The notes under the pieces are model-generated. The model ran no database searches, was not told the origin of the DNA, and worked only from the letters and a program-made list of their open reading frames with translations. From Cyanophora paradoxa CCMP329 (Eukaryota; Plantae; Glaucophyta), in the NCBI GenBank assembly GCA_004431415.1, contig QPMI01000495.1, positions 188,147 to 252,146 of the forward strand: a stretch of 64,000 bases of DNA. Direction: 5' to 3'. Positions 61,230 to 64,000 of this stretch are shown here, piece after piece. The first letter of the stretch is position 1. Every line of letters starts with the position of its first letter. The position numbers were made by a program, and so were the translations under genes.

Positions 61230-63132
61230 GTTTTACTGCTCGCTGTCTCGGAAGTGCGGATGCCTTGGCGGCATGGCGTGCAATCGGAACAAGTGATTAC
61301 ATCCTTTCATGGCTTCAGAACGGCTACCCTCTTGCTGGCGTCGAGCATCTGCTCCTAGTGTACATTACAATGCTGGTCAATCTCAGCGCCCTCGTGAGAG
61401 TACTTTCATTCGGGCAGAAATTCAGAAGCTGCTCGGTACCGGCGCTATTCGGGTGGCCCCCAAGCCCCCGAAAATTGTTTGCTCGCTATTTACGGTTCCA
61501 AAGAAGACTGGTGATAAGCTCAGACTGATTTGGGATGGCCGCCCAACAAATCGAGGTCTTCCTCCTGTCCCTTTTCGCTATGAAAATATGCGCGAGGTCA
61601 TCGCCTTGCTGCGACCTGGCTGGTTTATGTTTACTATCGACCTCGAGTCGGGATATCATCATGTACCGGTAGACCCGCAATATTTCTCGTACCTGGGCTT
61701 CCAGTACGATAGTACTTTCTTCGAATACACCGTTTTACCCTTCGGGCTCTCACATGCCCCATATGCATTCACCAAGATCATACGTCAGGTCATTAAATTT
61801 CTCCGCGCACACGGTATTACCGTGGTATCGTATGTAGATGATTTCTGGTTTGCGGCTCCCACGTACCAGGCCGCTGTTAATCTTCGCAATTTCATTCTCG
61901 ATCTTTTTCGCCACCTGCACTTATTCATTAATGAGAAATCGGCCCTTGAGCCTGCACAGCGTGTCGAATTTTTAGGGTTTATTGTAGATTCCACATCTAT
62001 GATGTTTGAGGTCCCTCTGCAGAAGCTTAGTAAGCTTCAGGACCGGCTAAAGGACGCAGCTAAGCGCATCCAGTCGTGCCAGGCTAGAGGCGTGCAATTT
62101 CAGATGTCAGCTCGTACACTCGCTTCGATTGTCGGTGTGCTTATGTCAATGGCCTTAGCTATTGCACCCGCTCGCATTCATACTCGATCCATTTATCGCA
62201 ACATTGATATTACCCAGCGACAATTTCGGTGGAATGCCCCGGCGGTGGTATCGCCGGAGGCCCAGGAGGAGCTTCTGTGGTGGCATGCAAATCTCGCCCG
62301 CTATAATGGGCGGTGTGCCATCCGGCCAGAGCGAATTTTCGTTGTTACGACGGATGCCAGCAAGATCGGTCTTGGTGGTTTTGTCACCACCGAGGTTGGC
62401 GATATCTCATTCCAACAACAGTGGACTCCTGCAGAGTCGGCCCAGACGCCTGCATGGCGTGAGATGACCGCCATTATTCGTGCTCTGCATCATTTCAGTC
62501 CTTACCTGCAGCACGTTAATTTACTAGTTCGCTCAGATAACACAAATGCAGTGCAGTACATTCTTAATGGTGGCGGTCGTAGCCCCGAGCTTACATTAAT
62601 CGCCAAGGAAATTTGGAATTTCGCCTTGCAAAATTGTGCCTTCATGGATGCTGAGTGGATACCTGGAGAAACCAATAATTTCGCCGATTATCTTAGTCGC
62701 TGGTTTGCCCCTGCTGACTATCAGCTTTCCGATGCTGTTTTCCGTCGCATTGTTAACAGATATGGCTTGCCTGATGTCGATCGAATGGCATTAGCTTCCT
62801 CTGCACGTGTCCCTCGCTATAATAGCATTGATCCTTTTGACCGCCTTGCAGAGGCAGTAGACTGCTTCACTGTTGATTGGTCTCGTGATTTTAATTATGT
62901 TTTCCCCGACCCTGCAGTCCTACTGCGGGTGGTTCGTCATGCTCAAGCTTGTCGAGCTCGGATGATTGTTGTAGTACCCGAATGGCCCTCACAGCCATGG
63001 TGGCCTATCTTGCAGGCTGCAGCTGTGGAGCCCCCTCTGCATCTTGGTCGGGGCCACACAGTATGCCTTTTCGGTCCAACTCGTGCTGCTCTTCCTGAGT
63101 GGCTGCTCCTCGCTTTTCTAGTTCAGTTTTAG
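61230..63132 (+). CDS. DIRS-type RT / RNase H / adenine-methyltransferase-like polyprotein (one frameshift near 61,350)
   Basis: AWRAIGTSDYILSWLQNGYPL; DLESGYHH; LPFGLSHAPYAFTK; YVDD. RNase H: TTDAS, WREMTA, RSDN, NNFADYLSR. MT-like: DVDRMA...FTVDWSRDFNYVFPDP...VVVPEWPSQPWWP. Confidence 0.93.
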
Positions 63133-63169
63133 CTGTACCCAATTGCAAATTAGTGTCAAATAATTATAA

Positions 63170-64000
63170 ATGCAATCGAGCGCACACCCTCATGCTTCTA
63201 ACCATACCCTGCAGTGGATGCAGCTCGTTGGGCCCACATCTGTGCTCGCATTACGTTCTACGCAAACCAGCATCTTGCCCCATCCACGCGAGATGCATAT
63301 GCAATGTGGGTTGGCCGTTTCGGCAGTTCTGCATTCAGCTGGGTGTTCTACCTTTTCCCGTCGATGCTGAGCTTTTTCTGCAGTTCGTAATGAGTGTGAG
63401 ACCTTGCGGTTTGATACCTCAGTTTTCAGCTCAGTGCTTATTCAGCACGTCCTCACGGCTTGCGCCGAGTCCTAGGCGATGGCCCCACTCGCCAGCGGCC
63501 GTCCTTTCGGTCGAACATATTCGCCGGCTAGCGGTAGCTTCCGATCGTGTTCCATCACAGACCCATCGTCGCTCTATTGCTATGATCACCGTCGGTTTCT
63601 TTGGCCTCCTCCGTCGCTCTGAGATTGTGCAAATTCGGCGGTCTCATTTATCTTTCCGCCCAGATGGCATGGTCCTCCGCGTCCCTCGCTCTAAAAACAG
63701 ATCAGACTCGGATTGGTCACGAGCTTTTATTTCGGCTCTGCCAGGCAACGTGTTATGTCCTGTTTTTCGTCTTCGTGTTTATATAGCCACTCTGCCTCCT
63801 ACTGTGGATGTCGTATTTGGACAGCTTCGCAATCCTAGTGTCGCCCTTTCTCCGGCGTCTGTCGGCTTCGCACTTCAGCAGCTTCTCAACCTCGCTGGTA
63901 TTGACAAATCTGGTTTCGCCACGCACAGCCTGCGCCGCGGTGGGGCCTGTGCTCTTGCAGCTGCTGGTGTTCCCGACGACGTCATTCGCGCCTTCGGACG
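63170..64000 (+). CDS. Tyrosine recombinase (frameshifted, truncated by the window end)
   Basis: GFFGLLRRSE (about 63595-63623), VPRSKTDQ across an indel, LCPV, and THSLRRGGA...IRALGR (63921-64000). Confidence 0.92.

Larger units (their letters stand above)
38369..64000 (+). mobile_element. Tyrosine-recombinase (DIRS/PAT-type) retrotransposon 2: A1-gag-spacer[Gypsy insertion]-A2-RT/RNaseH/MT-YR; runs off the window
   Basis: 231-bp direct repeat at 38369-38599 and 60880-61110. Gag, RT-RH-methylase and YR ORFs are all on the + strand. The spacer is rejoined by removing the Gypsy element and its ACAT TSD. Confidence 0.9.

Overview
Eukaryotic nuclear DNA in two very different halves. Bases 1-25,300 are a very GC-rich, gene-dense block of six genes with many short (about 50-80 nt) introns, many with GC rather than GT donors: a WD40 protein, an LCAT-family lipase/acyltransferase, an HI0933/BaiN flavoprotein, a PPR protein, an AXDND1-like axonemal protein and a YME2/RNA12-like P-loop ATPase. 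The gene set suggests a flagellated alga or protist, possibly glaucophyte-like (inference only). Bases 25,300-64,000 are a nested mobile-element cluster. It holds a TIR element with a 149-bp satellite, a 5'-truncated LINE with an 11-bp TSD, Helitron-like 3' ends, and AT-rich relics of a dsDNA virus including a penton/minor-capsid C-terminus. It also holds two head-to-head tyrosine-recombinase (DIRS/PAT-type) retrotransposons and a young 20.5-kb Ty3/Gypsy element inserted in the second of them. Main observations: (1) the two YR elements have unrelated terminal repeats but the same layout, A1-gag-spacer|A2-pol, with the repeat copy between gag and pol; (2) in both, the spacer|A2 junction folds into an integron-attC-like stem/bubble/stem hairpin, and the element terminus maps to the outer-stem/bubble boundary; (3) both Gags start with a signal-peptide-like segment; (4) the Gypsy carries about 10 kb (about 3,400 codons) of unrecognisable coding sequence between gag and protease. 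Gene boundaries were read by eye and are approximate. Many single-base frameshifts look like long-read homopolymer errors.
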